From the IMG/VR virus record IMGVR_UViG_3300027754_000069, positions 18,689-82,688 of that record: DNA of 64,000 nucleotides; one strand, 5' to 3'. Position 1 is the first letter of the stretch. Each line of letters opens with the position of its first letter. A program made the position numbers and the translations under genes. Positions 1 through 8,393 of the stretch are shown piece by piece. The notes under the pieces were generated by a model that was given only the letters and a program-made list of their open reading frames with translations, was not told where the DNA came from and did not search any database. Source of the DNA: a virus.

Positions 1-667
1 TAGCTGCTTTGGCTGCCTCTGCTGGTGTCTTACCTGCAGCACGAGCTGCTTCGTAAGTTGAAGGTTTAGCACCTGGCTTATTTGACTTCCAGTTTCTACG
101 TTCTTCTGGTGTCATCTTTGCCCATGCTGCTTTATTGGCAGCAGATTTTGTCATCTTTGGCGCATCAGCAGTTTTTGCTGGAGCTTGTGGCTTAGGCGCT
201 GTAGCTTTCTTTGAAGTTGGCTTCTTAGCAGCTGGCTTCTTTGTGTCTGACATAATTTCTTCAGCACGAGCTTTAGATACAACCTTGCCATTTTCTACAA
301 AAGACTTACCTTTAGCTGAAACGGTTGACTTCTTAGTCGTTGGCTTCTTAGGCGCTTCTGCTTCTGCAGGAGTAGCCTTCTTGCCACCGTACTCACCAAA
401 TTCATCCCGCATGCTAGAACGAAACTTTTCACGTGCTGTTTTTTGAGTAGCTTCGTAATCAGATTTCTTGAGATATGCGTTTTTGCCAAGGTCTGTCTTA
501 GCAGATTCTGAAACTTCTTTAGCAACAATTCTATCTTCGGCACTAATTTTTAACTTAGGGTCACGTTTTGCTGCTTGTTTCTTACCAGGAAATGCTGCCT
601 TAGCAGCAGGTTTGGCAGCCTGCTTTGCCTGCCGATACTTTCGTGTGGTTGCCTTTTTGGCTGCCAT
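1..667 (-). CDS. Lys/Ala/Pro-rich basic protein, runs off window start; homolog of 39748..41226
   Basis: Read manually: MAAKKATTRKYRQAKQAAK...KSAANKAAWAKMTPEERRNW; shares KSAANKAAWAKMTP with the B copy. Confidence 0.8.
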   Translation of the reverse strand, partial: MAAKKATTRKYRQAKQAAKPAAKAAFPGKKQAAKRDPKLKISAEDRIVAKEVSESAKTDLGKNAYLKKSDYEATQKTAREKFRSSMRDEFGEYGGKKATPAEAEAPKKPTTKKSTVSAKGKSFVENGKVVSKARAEEIMSDTKKPAAKKPTSKKATAPKPQAPAKTADAPKMTKSAANKAAWAKMTPEERRNWKSNKPGAKPSTYEAARAAGKTPAEAAKAA

Positions 668-685
668 GATTATCCTTTACTTAAA

Positions 686-1009
686 TTACTTAGTGCGACG
701 AATGATTGATTCAGCTCGCGATAATGTACGTTTGCGGTCTGCGATTCGACGTGCCTGCATTTGCTTTGTTTCTTTATCAGATAAACTTGTTGCACCTTTA
801 GGGATAGTAAAAAGTGTATCTGCAGTTTTAGGGCTTTGTGCTAATTTACCAAATGCTATTCCTTGGCTAGGTGTCATTGGAAATTTATATGAAGTATTTG
901 GATTATAATTATTTGGTCCTTCTACCTTAACTTTTTTAGCCATTGTCTTTTTCTTAGCGGTAGATGATGCAACTACCTTTTTAGGTGCTGGCTTTTTTGC
1001 TTTTGCCAT
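686..1009 (-). CDS. Basic Lys-rich hypothetical protein
   Basis: ORF track; AAGGA SD; lies in the late operon. Confidence 0.75.
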   Translation of the reverse strand: MAKAKKPAPKKVVASSTAKKKTMAKKVKVEGPNNYNPNTSYKFPMTPSQGIAFGKLAQSPKTADTLFTIPKGATSLSDKETKQMQARRIADRKRTLSRAESIIRRTK

Positions 1010-1017
1010 TGTTATCC

Positions 1018-1167
1018 TTACTTAAGTTTGTTTTTGCTACCCTTGATTGTCTTAGGTGCCTTTGCTACGTCAACTTGACCTAGACCAATGCCTTTTCCTG
1101 CTGGCTTCTTGCCCATGATTGCTGAGCTTGTTGGTGCTTTTGTCATCTTTCCTTGCTTTCCGAACAT
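1018..1167 (-). CDS. 49-aa basic protein MFGKQGK...NKLK
   Basis: Read manually; AAGGAG SD; same-length homolog at 41802..41951. Confidence 0.85.
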   Translation of the reverse strand: MFGKQGKMTKAPTSSAIMGKKPAGKGIGLGQVDVAKAPKTIKGSKNKLK

Positions 1168-1180
1168 TTTTTCTCCTTGT

Positions 1181-2938
1181 TTATGCTGGTATTTGACGAG
1201 TTACTCTTGCTGCAAGATTTGGGTTTCCACCGCCAGTTAGACCTGCAAGAAGTTCTTGCATTGCTGGACGTTGTTGTTGGAATTCTGGCGCACCCGCGCC
1301 ACCCATACCCTGTTCTGGACCTGCGCCCATTCCAGATGCTTCTGGCATCTGAGGTTGTGCTGGTTCTGGCTTGAACGCTTTGGCAACCGCGTCTTCTAAC
1401 GAGGTACCCTTTTTACGTTCGGCAATAACTGCAGCCATTTTTTCAACAATCTTCATTGGGTCTTGACCTTGCATTACCATTTGTGGAATTGCTTGAGCCA
1501 TTGATGCAACTGACGCCTTGAGGGAGTCACGCATCTCTTCAATATCAATTGCTCGCTCTTCTTCTCCAGCATTGAGCGAAATCGGTAGATTGCGACGTAG
1601 CATCCCACGAGAGATTAGCTTGTCACCACGAGCTTGTAGACCCCAGACAAGTGCTCGGTTAGGGTCTAGACCTGCCATTAATCCGTATTCAACAGTAACT
1701 CCATAGTTACCTATGATGTCAGATGATGGCTTGTACTTTAACTTGTATGGAACTCCATTTGCTGTAGCAGATACTTCACGTGTTATGTTCTCGAAGAATG
1801 CTTCGTCTGTAGCAAATGCTAGTGAAATTGCTTGACCAATTGCTTCGCCAAGTACTGATTGAATAACTTTAATCTGTGAATCAAATCCAGCCATAAGTGC
1901 CTTGACACCTTGACCAGTAACGATAGAACCTTCAGCTTGACCTGCACGTGCCTGTGGGAAACGAGTTCCCAACTTCATTTCATCGGCTAGGACATTGTTT
2001 TCCGCAAACGCGAACTGAGGTACATCCAGATTAATACGACGAATTTTCTCAGGGGAGTTAGAACGAATAACTGAATCAGGACCAACGGAAAGCTGAGTAA
2101 CGTCATTAGGCAAAGCAAGAGGAGCTTCAACAGATTTTTGGACAGCTTCCATAGTAAGGAGAGCCAAACGTGCTTTCGCCGCGTAGACTGGTAGTACGTC
2201 GTCGAATGACCCTCGGACTTCGCCATCAAGCGAAGGACGCTGAGCAATTGCAACTGGGACTTTACCGATTTTGTTTTCTGTTTGTGCAAGTACTATTCCT
2301 CCACGTTCTGGAATAAACATGACTGTTTGCTTCTTGTCTGACCAACGTACAACTTCAAGTAGCTGGTTGCTATCTCCACGAGAGAATGCACCTGTTTGTA
2401 GAATTTGATTAGCGTACTCAGGGAACTGAGCTGCTAAATCTCCCGCCTTACGATAGTAAGAACGAGCATAAACTTGGACATCGCCAAATCTATCAACGTC
2501 ATAGTATGCACCCATGGAATTTTCAACATGGATGTGAGGACGTTTTTCTTTAAAGTTAGGTTCTACACGGAATACAACAAATCCGTATGTTGCCAACTGG
2601 TCTGCGCCACGCAGTAGTTCCGTTCCAAGACGAGATGATGCTACGTAGTAATTAGCAATCTTAGTTCTCTTGTCAGCCTTGGTACGCTGGTTATCATCGA
2701 GAGATGAATCGCCAGCAGCAGTAATGGTAGGTAGAACACCAGCTTGCTCAGATACATCACGAGCTACAACGTCGATAAGGTTAGCAATAATTGGTCGTGA
2801 CCAATTTCCTTCTGGAAGCAACCCTTTGAATACTTGGTCTGCTTGTCCAGCACGAACTAAGGCAACATCGCGCATGCGCCTGTCGCGCTCGGAGTTTCTA
2901 GCTTTTAACTGTTCAAAAGCTTGTACAAGTTCTTTCAT
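1181..2938 (-). CDS. Portal protein
   Basis: 585 aa directly after terminase; Gln/Pro/Met-rich C-terminal tail typical of podoviral portals; homolog at 41966. Confidence 0.8.
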   Translation of the reverse strand: MKELVQAFEQLKARNSERDRRMRDVALVRAGQADQVFKGLLPEGNWSRPIIANLIDVVARDVSEQAGVLPTITAAGDSSLDDNQRTKADKRTKIANYYVASSRLGTELLRGADQLATYGFVVFRVEPNFKEKRPHIHVENSMGAYYDVDRFGDVQVYARSYYRKAGDLAAQFPEYANQILQTGAFSRGDSNQLLEVVRWSDKKQTVMFIPERGGIVLAQTENKIGKVPVAIAQRPSLDGEVRGSFDDVLPVYAAKARLALLTMEAVQKSVEAPLALPNDVTQLSVGPDSVIRSNSPEKIRRINLDVPQFAFAENNVLADEMKLGTRFPQARAGQAEGSIVTGQGVKALMAGFDSQIKVIQSVLGEAIGQAISLAFATDEAFFENITREVSATANGVPYKLKYKPSSDIIGNYGVTVEYGLMAGLDPNRALVWGLQARGDKLISRGMLRRNLPISLNAGEEERAIDIEEMRDSLKASVASMAQAIPQMVMQGQDPMKIVEKMAAVIAERKKGTSLEDAVAKAFKPEPAQPQMPEASGMGAGPEQGMGGAGAPEFQQQRPAMQELLAGLTGGGNPNLAARVTRQIPA

Positions 2939-2942
2939 GGAA

Positions 2943-4832
2943 TCACAATCTCGCTATTCGCTGCGCTGCAGCTAAGTCATCTAAGTTGACAATGTACCTA
3001 GATTCAATCTCATGACGAGGTGTGAATTCGTTTTTGAGGAAGTTGGGTACATTCGCTGAAGTAAGTAAAACATCACGGGCTACGATTTCACAGAACCATA
3101 ACGCCATTACGGCGTCCATCTTTAATCGCTTGCCCTGTACTCCTGGTTGCCAGGTTACAAGTTGTTCTATTAACTTTTTAATATGTTCATTTCTTGAAGA
3201 ATCAGGCAACTCAATTATGTTGTCACCTGCATGCTTCAAGTTGTTATTGGTACCGTCTCGCTTAACTACGGTTCCAAATAACGGAGCCAGAGAGGCTACG
3301 CCAAACTCTGGGTCTTGCTTATTATTACCAGTATAATGTGGTCGGTAATTAATACCACGTGTAGCGAGGAAGTTTCTAATTTCCTCGTCTTGTGTTAAGA
3401 AAAGCTGAAAAGCATTTGATTCCACAATGACAGTATGCGGTTTGTAAGCATCTGTCCATTCTTTTATCAAAGAGCGAATTGCTGCAGGTGTTGGGGCTGT
3501 CATGACGTGAACGTCCATGACGTAGCGTTTGTGTGTTCTGCGGTCAACTGCGTAAGCTACAGCTGCGGTGTCGCCAGACATCGCTGGGTCGATACCAATA
3601 ACGCGATAGAAGTTCTGTGCATTATCAGGATGACCCGCTGCGCCTGCAATCAAAGCACCCGATTTTCTCATTCCATTGACTGCGCCTCTGACGCATGTCG
3701 GGTCGAAGATTGCATTCTCCGCGATATCGAGATTTTGGTAAACCAAGGACCACTTGGAAGGACCAGCCTCGTTGCGAACCGCCGTTAAGCGTTCGCCTGT
3801 CCATCGGTCAAAGTTCCCATTTTCGTCAGGCACATCAGTGTCTGTGAGGGGTTGCTCTGATTTTGCCCAAAGAGTTTTCCAATCCTTTGGATTGTCAGCG
3901 TACTGAAGTACTGCTGGCATGGACAAATATGACCACGGAAGGACACCGTCCGTGTAATGCGTTGAGTTGCGAAGTTCTTTATATAAGTCAACTGCTGATA
4001 CGCGAGTACCAACAACAAGAAGCTGACCACCACCTGGTGGAAGGCGGGAGGCAACTTCTTGTCTAATCCATTCTTGTTGCTTAGCCCATTCATTGGCGTT
4101 AGACAACGTCACAACGTCGTCTAGCACAATTAAATCTGCACGTGCTCCATAGACCTGACCGCCCATACCGATAGCTTCAACGGTTGGGTCTTTAGCGTCA
4201 TTGTCGCGGATATCTCCGCCAAGGTAAATCTTGTTAGCCGACCACTGGTCGGCGGTTGCTTTGTAACCATCTGCTGGTCCAAAAGCTGCCTGTAGGTCAG
4301 CGTACCGAGGATGTGTCAGTCGCTGCTTAATAGCGTAAAGAAACTTCTTAGCCTGCTCCTGGGTTTTCGAAATAACGATAACCGAGATATTAGGGTTCTT
4401 GACGATACGGTAGGTCACGTAGTTAATCGTAATGGTCATAGTCTTGGCGTGGTTTGGTGGTATGTTTACCAACAAACGAGCTAGACCAGCCGAGCCTTTT
4501 TCGTAGGTCATAGCTGGGTCAATCCAGCGGGGCTCTCGACCTTCTAGCATATCGACCACGTTAAGCATGTGGTCCCAGACTTTGGCACCAAGATATTTCT
4601 CGGAGAACTCGGCGAAATCTGAAAGATTCGTCCGAGCATCTTCTGCCAAATCGGCTGTTCTAAACCGAGCATTATCTATAAAGGCAGCGAAGCCTTGAGC
4701 TTCGCGCCGTTGGGTGTCATACCAAGAACGACTTCTACCAATAACTTTTAGAGAATCGGCGATGGTGCGCCCTTGGCGTACCAAGTCGATAAGTTCTTTA
4801 CGTGCCTCTTCTGGGGTTAAGTTTCTTTCCAA
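2943..4832 (-). CDS. terL: Terminase large subunit with N-terminal HTH-like extension
   Basis: PPNHAKT Walker A, LIVLDD Walker B, GTR coupling motif, IGIDPA nuclease motif, MDAVMA; TTG start. Confidence 0.93.
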   Translation of the reverse strand: MERNLTPEEARKELIDLVRQGRTIADSLKVIGRSRSWYDTQRREAQGFAAFIDNARFRTADLAEDARTNLSDFAEFSEKYLGAKVWDHMLNVVDMLEGREPRWIDPAMTYEKGSAGLARLLVNIPPNHAKTMTITINYVTYRIVKNPNISVIVISKTQEQAKKFLYAIKQRLTHPRYADLQAAFGPADGYKATADQWSANKIYLGGDIRDNDAKDPTVEAIGMGGQVYGARADLIVLDDVVTLSNANEWAKQQEWIRQEVASRLPPGGGQLLVVGTRVSAVDLYKELRNSTHYTDGVLPWSYLSMPAVLQYADNPKDWKTLWAKSEQPLTDTDVPDENGNFDRWTGERLTAVRNEAGPSKWSLVYQNLDIAENAIFDPTCVRGAVNGMRKSGALIAGAAGHPDNAQNFYRVIGIDPAMSGDTAAVAYAVDRRTHKRYVMDVHVMTAPTPAAIRSLIKEWTDAYKPHTVIVESNAFQLFLTQDEEIRNFLATRGINYRPHYTGNNKQDPEFGVASLAPLFGTVVKRDGTNNNLKHAGDNIIELPDSSRNEHIKKLIEQLVTWQPGVQGKRLKMDAVMALWFCEIVARDVLLTSANVPNFLKNEFTPRHEIESRYIVNLDDLAAAQRIARL

Positions 4833-4943
4833 GTCATCTCCAGTACCTGTAGGGGTCTACAAGAGGATAGACAGAGGTATCCCCACATAAGCATATTTAC
4901 CAAACTAAGCAGGCGTTAAGCCTGCGTCTAAGGCTCAGTGGAA

Positions 4944-4992
4944 CTTCGCCTTTATACTTATATAGGGGTCTAGAGAGTCGGCGTGTCTCAAT
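4944..4992 (-). promoter_or_regulatory. Putative late/terminase promoter
   Basis: TTGA(G/A)ACACGCCGAC(T/G)CTCTAGACCCCTATATAAGTATA nearly identical at 45741-45787 despite diverged flanks. Confidence 0.55.
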
Positions 4993-5073
4993 AGCATTTG
5001 GAAATTATTTTTAGTTATTTTATATAACCGCAGGTCAGCAGCTGTTTCTGGTGAAAATATTTTAGGTGATAGT

Positions 5074-5095
5074 GGGGGGCGGGTGGGGGGTGGGG
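5074..5095 (+). other. G-tract (G6-C-G3-T-G6-T-G4) in putative genome-end/packaging region
   Basis: Seen directly; equivalent tract at 45869-45889. Confidence 0.6.
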
Positions 5096-5130
5096 TTAAA
5101 AACCCTAGGGGTCGGCAGGGGCGGACGCAC

Positions 5131-5161
5131 AAAAAAAGGGGCAAGGGTTGCCCCCTGCCCC
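5131..5161 (-). terminator. Intrinsic terminator for leftward early transcript
   Basis: GGGGCAA-GGG-TTGCCCC stem preceded by an A-run (U-tail on minus strand). Confidence 0.55.
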
Positions 5162-5243
5162 GCATGAATTACGCCTGCGTAGGTGAGCCCCTCCCCCACT
5201 CCATGGTGTGGAGCGAGAGAGAGGCTTGACTATCTGTAGAGGG

Positions 5244-5360
5244 TTAACCCTCGTCTATCCATCCGTCCCGTTCAATGTCGGGCTCGCATACGCATCTACT
5301 TGGTTGGACGTTGATGCGCCCACACGTTGGACACGTTCTGAATTGTCCCTTGTCACTCAT
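5244..5360 (-). CDS. 38-aa Cys-rich peptide
   Basis: Read manually: MSDKGQFRTCPTCGRINVQPSRCVCEPDIERDGWIDEG; ATGA overlap with upstream stop. Confidence 0.5.
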   Translation of the reverse strand: MSDKGQFRTCPTCGRINVQPSRCVCEPDIERDGWIDEG

Positions 5361-5629
5361 GCGCTCACCCGCTTGAGAACTACGCGAAGGTTACTCGCGA
5401 CGATACTTAACTCACGCACTCCGAAGCTTTCGACTACGTCGAACACGATACCGACCTTGCCTTTACCTAGTGGAACTAGGTCACCTAGTTGAGCATACTT
5501 GAGCGAGGTTAATTCGAAATCTGGTACATGGTCGAGCGAAGGTACGTTATAGAAACTCTTAACTTCGTTAACTTCATCCTTGAGATTTACTAGTAAATCA
5601 TCGTGTGTCCATGCTGTAATCATCTTCAT
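5357..5629 (-). CDS. Immediate-early small protein, KOW/SH3-like
   Basis: AQLGDLVPLGKGKVGIV motif; homolog at 46030; CGAAAGG SD. Confidence 0.8.
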   Translation of the reverse strand: MKMITAWTHDDLLVNLKDEVNEVKSFYNVPSLDHVPDFELTSLKYAQLGDLVPLGKGKVGIVFDVVESFGVRELSIVASNLRVVLKRVSA

Positions 5630-5674
5630 GCCTTTCGGTTAATTCAACCAACCCAGCGCTGATTGAATGACACC

Positions 5675-5703
5675 AGAATACACGACCAGCCCCAGCATGT
5701 CAA
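5675..5703 (-). promoter_or_regulatory. Consensus housekeeping-sigma promoter TTGACA-17-TATTCT
   Basis: Seen directly; same position in B (TTGACA-17-GATACT). Confidence 0.8.
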
Positions 5704-5893
5704 ATTCAGACGGACAGGAGGCGTGTCTTGAGCCTATCGTCATGTCATACATACATGAACACCCATCCACATACACATCGGCACATACACACACGCGCAG
5801 GGACATGCCTGCATGCATACGGATGGATGACAGTTCACGCGGATTGGTTACTAACAGGCGGGCGCCGTGATGCAGGCGCTACGCGCATCTCAA

Positions 5894-5924
5894 GATAGCA
5901 AAGCAAAGCTTTGCATTATTAAGG
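5894..5924 (+). promoter_or_regulatory. Hairpin element H1 (GATA-GCAAAGC-AAA-GCTTTGC-ATTATTAA)
   Basis: Member of the repeated family heading rightward modules. Confidence 0.7.
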
Positions 5925-5965
5925 AGTGACCAGCCAAAATTTGGTTGGCAGATTGGAGAAAAGTT

Positions 5966-6139
5966 ATGAACGGTTATGGACTCTATTGGGGAGACTTCCT
6001 TGCAATTGGGATTCTCTTCAGCGTGATTGGCATCCTACTCGTGGCTCTTGCATGGGACTACGTGGACATCAAGATAGCAGACCGTAGGTCTGCAGATATA
6101 GAGAAGCACTGGGCAACAACGATTCGAGAGGAACGATAA
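5966..6139 (+). CDS. Small membrane protein
   Basis: One TM segment; YWGD motif shared with 46864..46980. Confidence 0.75.
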   Translation: MNGYGLYWGDFLAIGILFSVIGILLVALAWDYVDIKIADRRSADIEKHWATTIREER

Positions 6140-6315
6140 TGGATTACAAAGTAAAACTCAACTGGCAAGAAGACGAGTTCGCATCTCGCGGAACAACCTA
6201 CTTCGTAGAGTTCCTGAAGATGGATGACACTTCTCTAGGAGAAGTGGATGGCAACTCATGGCAAGAAGTATTCACCAAAGCGGTGAATTACCTACAAGAG
6301 ATAGGAGAAATCTAA
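6139..6315 (+). CDS. Hypothetical protein MDYKVKLNWQEDE...EIGEI
   Basis: Read manually; homolog at 47060..47242; TAATG coupling. Confidence 0.85.
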   Translation: MDYKVKLNWQEDEFASRGTTYFVEFLKMDDTSLGEVDGNSWQEVFTKAVNYLQEIGEI

Positions 6316-6674
6316 TGGGAGCACGTATCAATTTCGTACTGAAGGTATACCCGACAGAGCAAGCACACGTCACGCTCTACTCACATTGGGGCGAGACTAC
6401 TTGGCGTTACGATTTAGCAATGGCATTGCTACATGCCAAGCCTCGATGGGATGACCAGAACTACGGAGCACGAATAGTTGTTTCACAACTAATCGGTGAC
6501 AACTGGAACAATGAGACAGGCTACGGCTTGTTCACAAGCGTTGACGGCGAGGACTTAGGGGACACCACTGTAGTGGTGGACTTTACAAATCAAACAGTCA
6601 ATGATACAGGCAACGAACATTCGTTCGGTGCTTTCATCGAATACCAAACGGAAATGGTGGAATATCATGGGTAA
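6315..6674 (+). CDS. Hypothetical protein (MGAR...LYSHWG family)
   Basis: Homolog at 47243..47605; start moved to coupled ATG. Confidence 0.85.
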   Translation: MGARINFVLKVYPTEQAHVTLYSHWGETTWRYDLAMALLHAKPRWDDQNYGARIVVSQLIGDNWNNETGYGLFTSVDGEDLGDTTVVVDFTNQTVNDTGNEHSFGAFIEYQTEMVEYHG

Positions 6675-6939
6675 CGCAACAGCGCAAGACTTAGCAGAGA
6701 ATGTCATAGACATTCGTCAATCAGTGGCGATTCAATTGCGAAGCAATCACTATCCGCCAGTACCTCTCAGCATGGTGGAACCATGTATCGAAGCCATCTA
6801 TGCAGTATCGGATGGTGATACTCATAAGAGTATCCAACTACCAGACGGTGTCGAGTGGCGTGGCTACCCGACAGCCCCTGCATATGCCATCGTCGAGGGG
6901 CATCATCTCGAACCATGGTGTGACTTCGACCATCAATAG
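6667..6939 (+). CDS. Hypothetical protein (NHYPPVP...HHL family)
   Basis: Homolog at 48770..49042. Confidence 0.85.
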   Translation: MGNATAQDLAENVIDIRQSVAIQLRSNHYPPVPLSMVEPCIEAIYAVSDGDTHKSIQLPDGVEWRGYPTAPAYAIVEGHHLEPWCDFDHQ

Positions 6940-6972
6940 ATAGCACAGCAAAGCTGTGCATATATATAAGGG
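6939..6972 (+). promoter_or_regulatory. Hairpin element H2 (GATA-GCACAGC-AAA-GCTGTGC-ATATATATAA)
   Basis: Seen directly; intergenic, upstream of the GP88-like gene. Confidence 0.7.
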
Positions 6973-7001
6973 CTAACCAACCAACCGAAAGGAGCAACAC
7001 A

Positions 7002-7727
7002 ATGGCAGGACTAAAGCGTTCCAATGACCGTAAGGTCACCAACTTACCAACACCAAACGGCAAACGCTCAGCAATCATGAACACGTTCGGCTTACCTAGT
7101 GGTAAGCAGTACTCATGTCCCAACGCCACCAGTATATGCGAGAAGATTTGCTACGCTGGAAAGTTAGAACGTATCTATCCCTCTGTGAGGGATGTGCTAC
7201 TTCATAACTGGAATCTCTTGAAGGATGCAGAGTACGACACTATGGTGTCGCTGATTGATGACATGGTGACGGCATTCGAATACGATTGCAAAGCAAAAGA
7301 TGCAGAACAAATGTTCCGCATCCATTGGGATGGGGATTTCTTCTCCGATACCTATGCCAGAGCATGGCGTGACGTAATCGAAAAGCATACTGATACCCAG
7401 TTCTGGGTATATACCAGAGTTCCATCTGCTGCTCGTTGGTTAGATGGGATAGCAAACTTGTCGCTGTACTTTAGTACAGATGATGAGAACAAAGACAGCG
7501 CTGTCTATCTACGAGAGACAGGACAAAAGATAAAGGTTGCCTATCTGTCTGAGACTTTTGCTGATGCAAAAGAGATAATGCTTAGCATGACTGGCAAGGT
7601 GGGTGCGAAATGTCCAGAGAATCTGGGTTCAATCCCGCTAATCAGTACCGAAGGTAGTGCTTGTGCTACATGCCGTCTATGTATCGACGGTAAATCCGAT
7701 ATCCGATTTGCAATAGCAAAGAAATGA
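7002..7727 (+). CDS. GP88-family (radical-SAM-like Fe-S) protein
   Basis: CPxxxxxCxxxCYA, FRIHWDGDF, FWVYTR, C-terminal CP..CxxCxxC. Confidence 0.75.
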   Translation: MAGLKRSNDRKVTNLPTPNGKRSAIMNTFGLPSGKQYSCPNATSICEKICYAGKLERIYPSVRDVLLHNWNLLKDAEYDTMVSLIDDMVTAFEYDCKAKDAEQMFRIHWDGDFFSDTYARAWRDVIEKHTDTQFWVYTRVPSAARWLDGIANLSLYFSTDDENKDSAVYLRETGQKIKVAYLSETFADAKEIMLSMTGKVGAKCPENLGSIPLISTEGSACATCRLCIDGKSDIRFAIAKK

Positions 7728-7735
7728 GGGCAGAC

Positions 7736-8071
7736 ATGAACACAGTAGAAGATAGTGTGGCTTTACTTAGTAAAGCTGCCGAATCATTAACAACTTATCG
7801 CACATCACTAGAGGTATGGCGTTCCGCCATGACTGACCTAGCAATCTGGCATTCACTAGAAGCCATGCTTGCAGACCAAGAAGAGTACGACATCGCAACC
7901 GTATTCACACGAGATGTACTGATGGCGTGGATTATCCGCGACCATTGGCAACCAGTATCTATCGATGAGGATGGATACGAAGGTATCGACATCGCAGTCA
8001 GAGCCTATCTAATAGATAGCAAACTGGCACTAGACCCACACCACATGGAGGAGGATGAAGATGACGAATGA
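7736..8071 (+). CDS. Acidic hypothetical protein
   Basis: Homolog at 50016..50330 (DLAIW, DHW, YEGID). Confidence 0.8.
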   Translation: MNTVEDSVALLSKAAESLTTYRTSLEVWRSAMTDLAIWHSLEAMLADQEEYDIATVFTRDVLMAWIIRDHWQPVSIDEDGYEGIDIAVRAYLIDSKLALDPHHMEEDEDDE

Positions 8072-8207
8072 CAGCATAAGTTGGGGTGAGTTAGCAGAAC
8101 TAACTCATCAGATACAGGTAGAACGCTTTCAATTCTGCATGTGTGAAGACAATGAAGGTAATGAGAATCCATACGCAGACTGCCCGAAAGGGGAAGGCAA
8201 TGAGTAA
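8061..8207 (+). CDS. 48-aa hypothetical protein
   Basis: Read manually: MTNDSISWGELAELTHQIQVERFQFCMCED...PYADCP; GGAGG SD; fills the gap between neighbours. Confidence 0.65.
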   Translation: MTNDSISWGELAELTHQIQVERFQFCMCEDNEGNENPYADCPKGEGNE

Positions 8208-8382
8208 ACATATCTATGATATGAACGCTGAAGAACTGGCTCAACTTGTGTGCTTCGGATACGAGGGACACCCATGTACCAACACGATGGATGAATATGG
8301 CTGTCGGAATAGCATGAAGGACAACGAACCATTCTGTTCAGAATGCTGTGCCGATACGAATGACGGCGCATGCTGTGGATAA
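8200..8382 (+). CDS. Cys-rich small protein
   Basis: CFGYEGHPCTNTMDEYGCRNSMKDNEPFC identical in 49029..49217. Confidence 0.85.
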   Translation: MSKHIYDMNAEELAQLVCFGYEGHPCTNTMDEYGCRNSMKDNEPFCSECCADTNDGACCG

Positions 8383-8393
8383 CAGGCGTCAAA

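Noticed and set aside
135-908. Plus-strand hydrophobic ORFs (also 40328-40756, 41398-41697, 31698-31883)
   Set aside because: Mirror frames of Lys/Ala/Pro/Thr-rich minus-strand genes.
4935-5492. ORFs 4935-5165 (-) and 5208-5492 (+), and 45969-46256 (+)
   Set aside because: They span G-tracts and terminators or lie antisense to a conserved gene; not conserved as proteins between copies.
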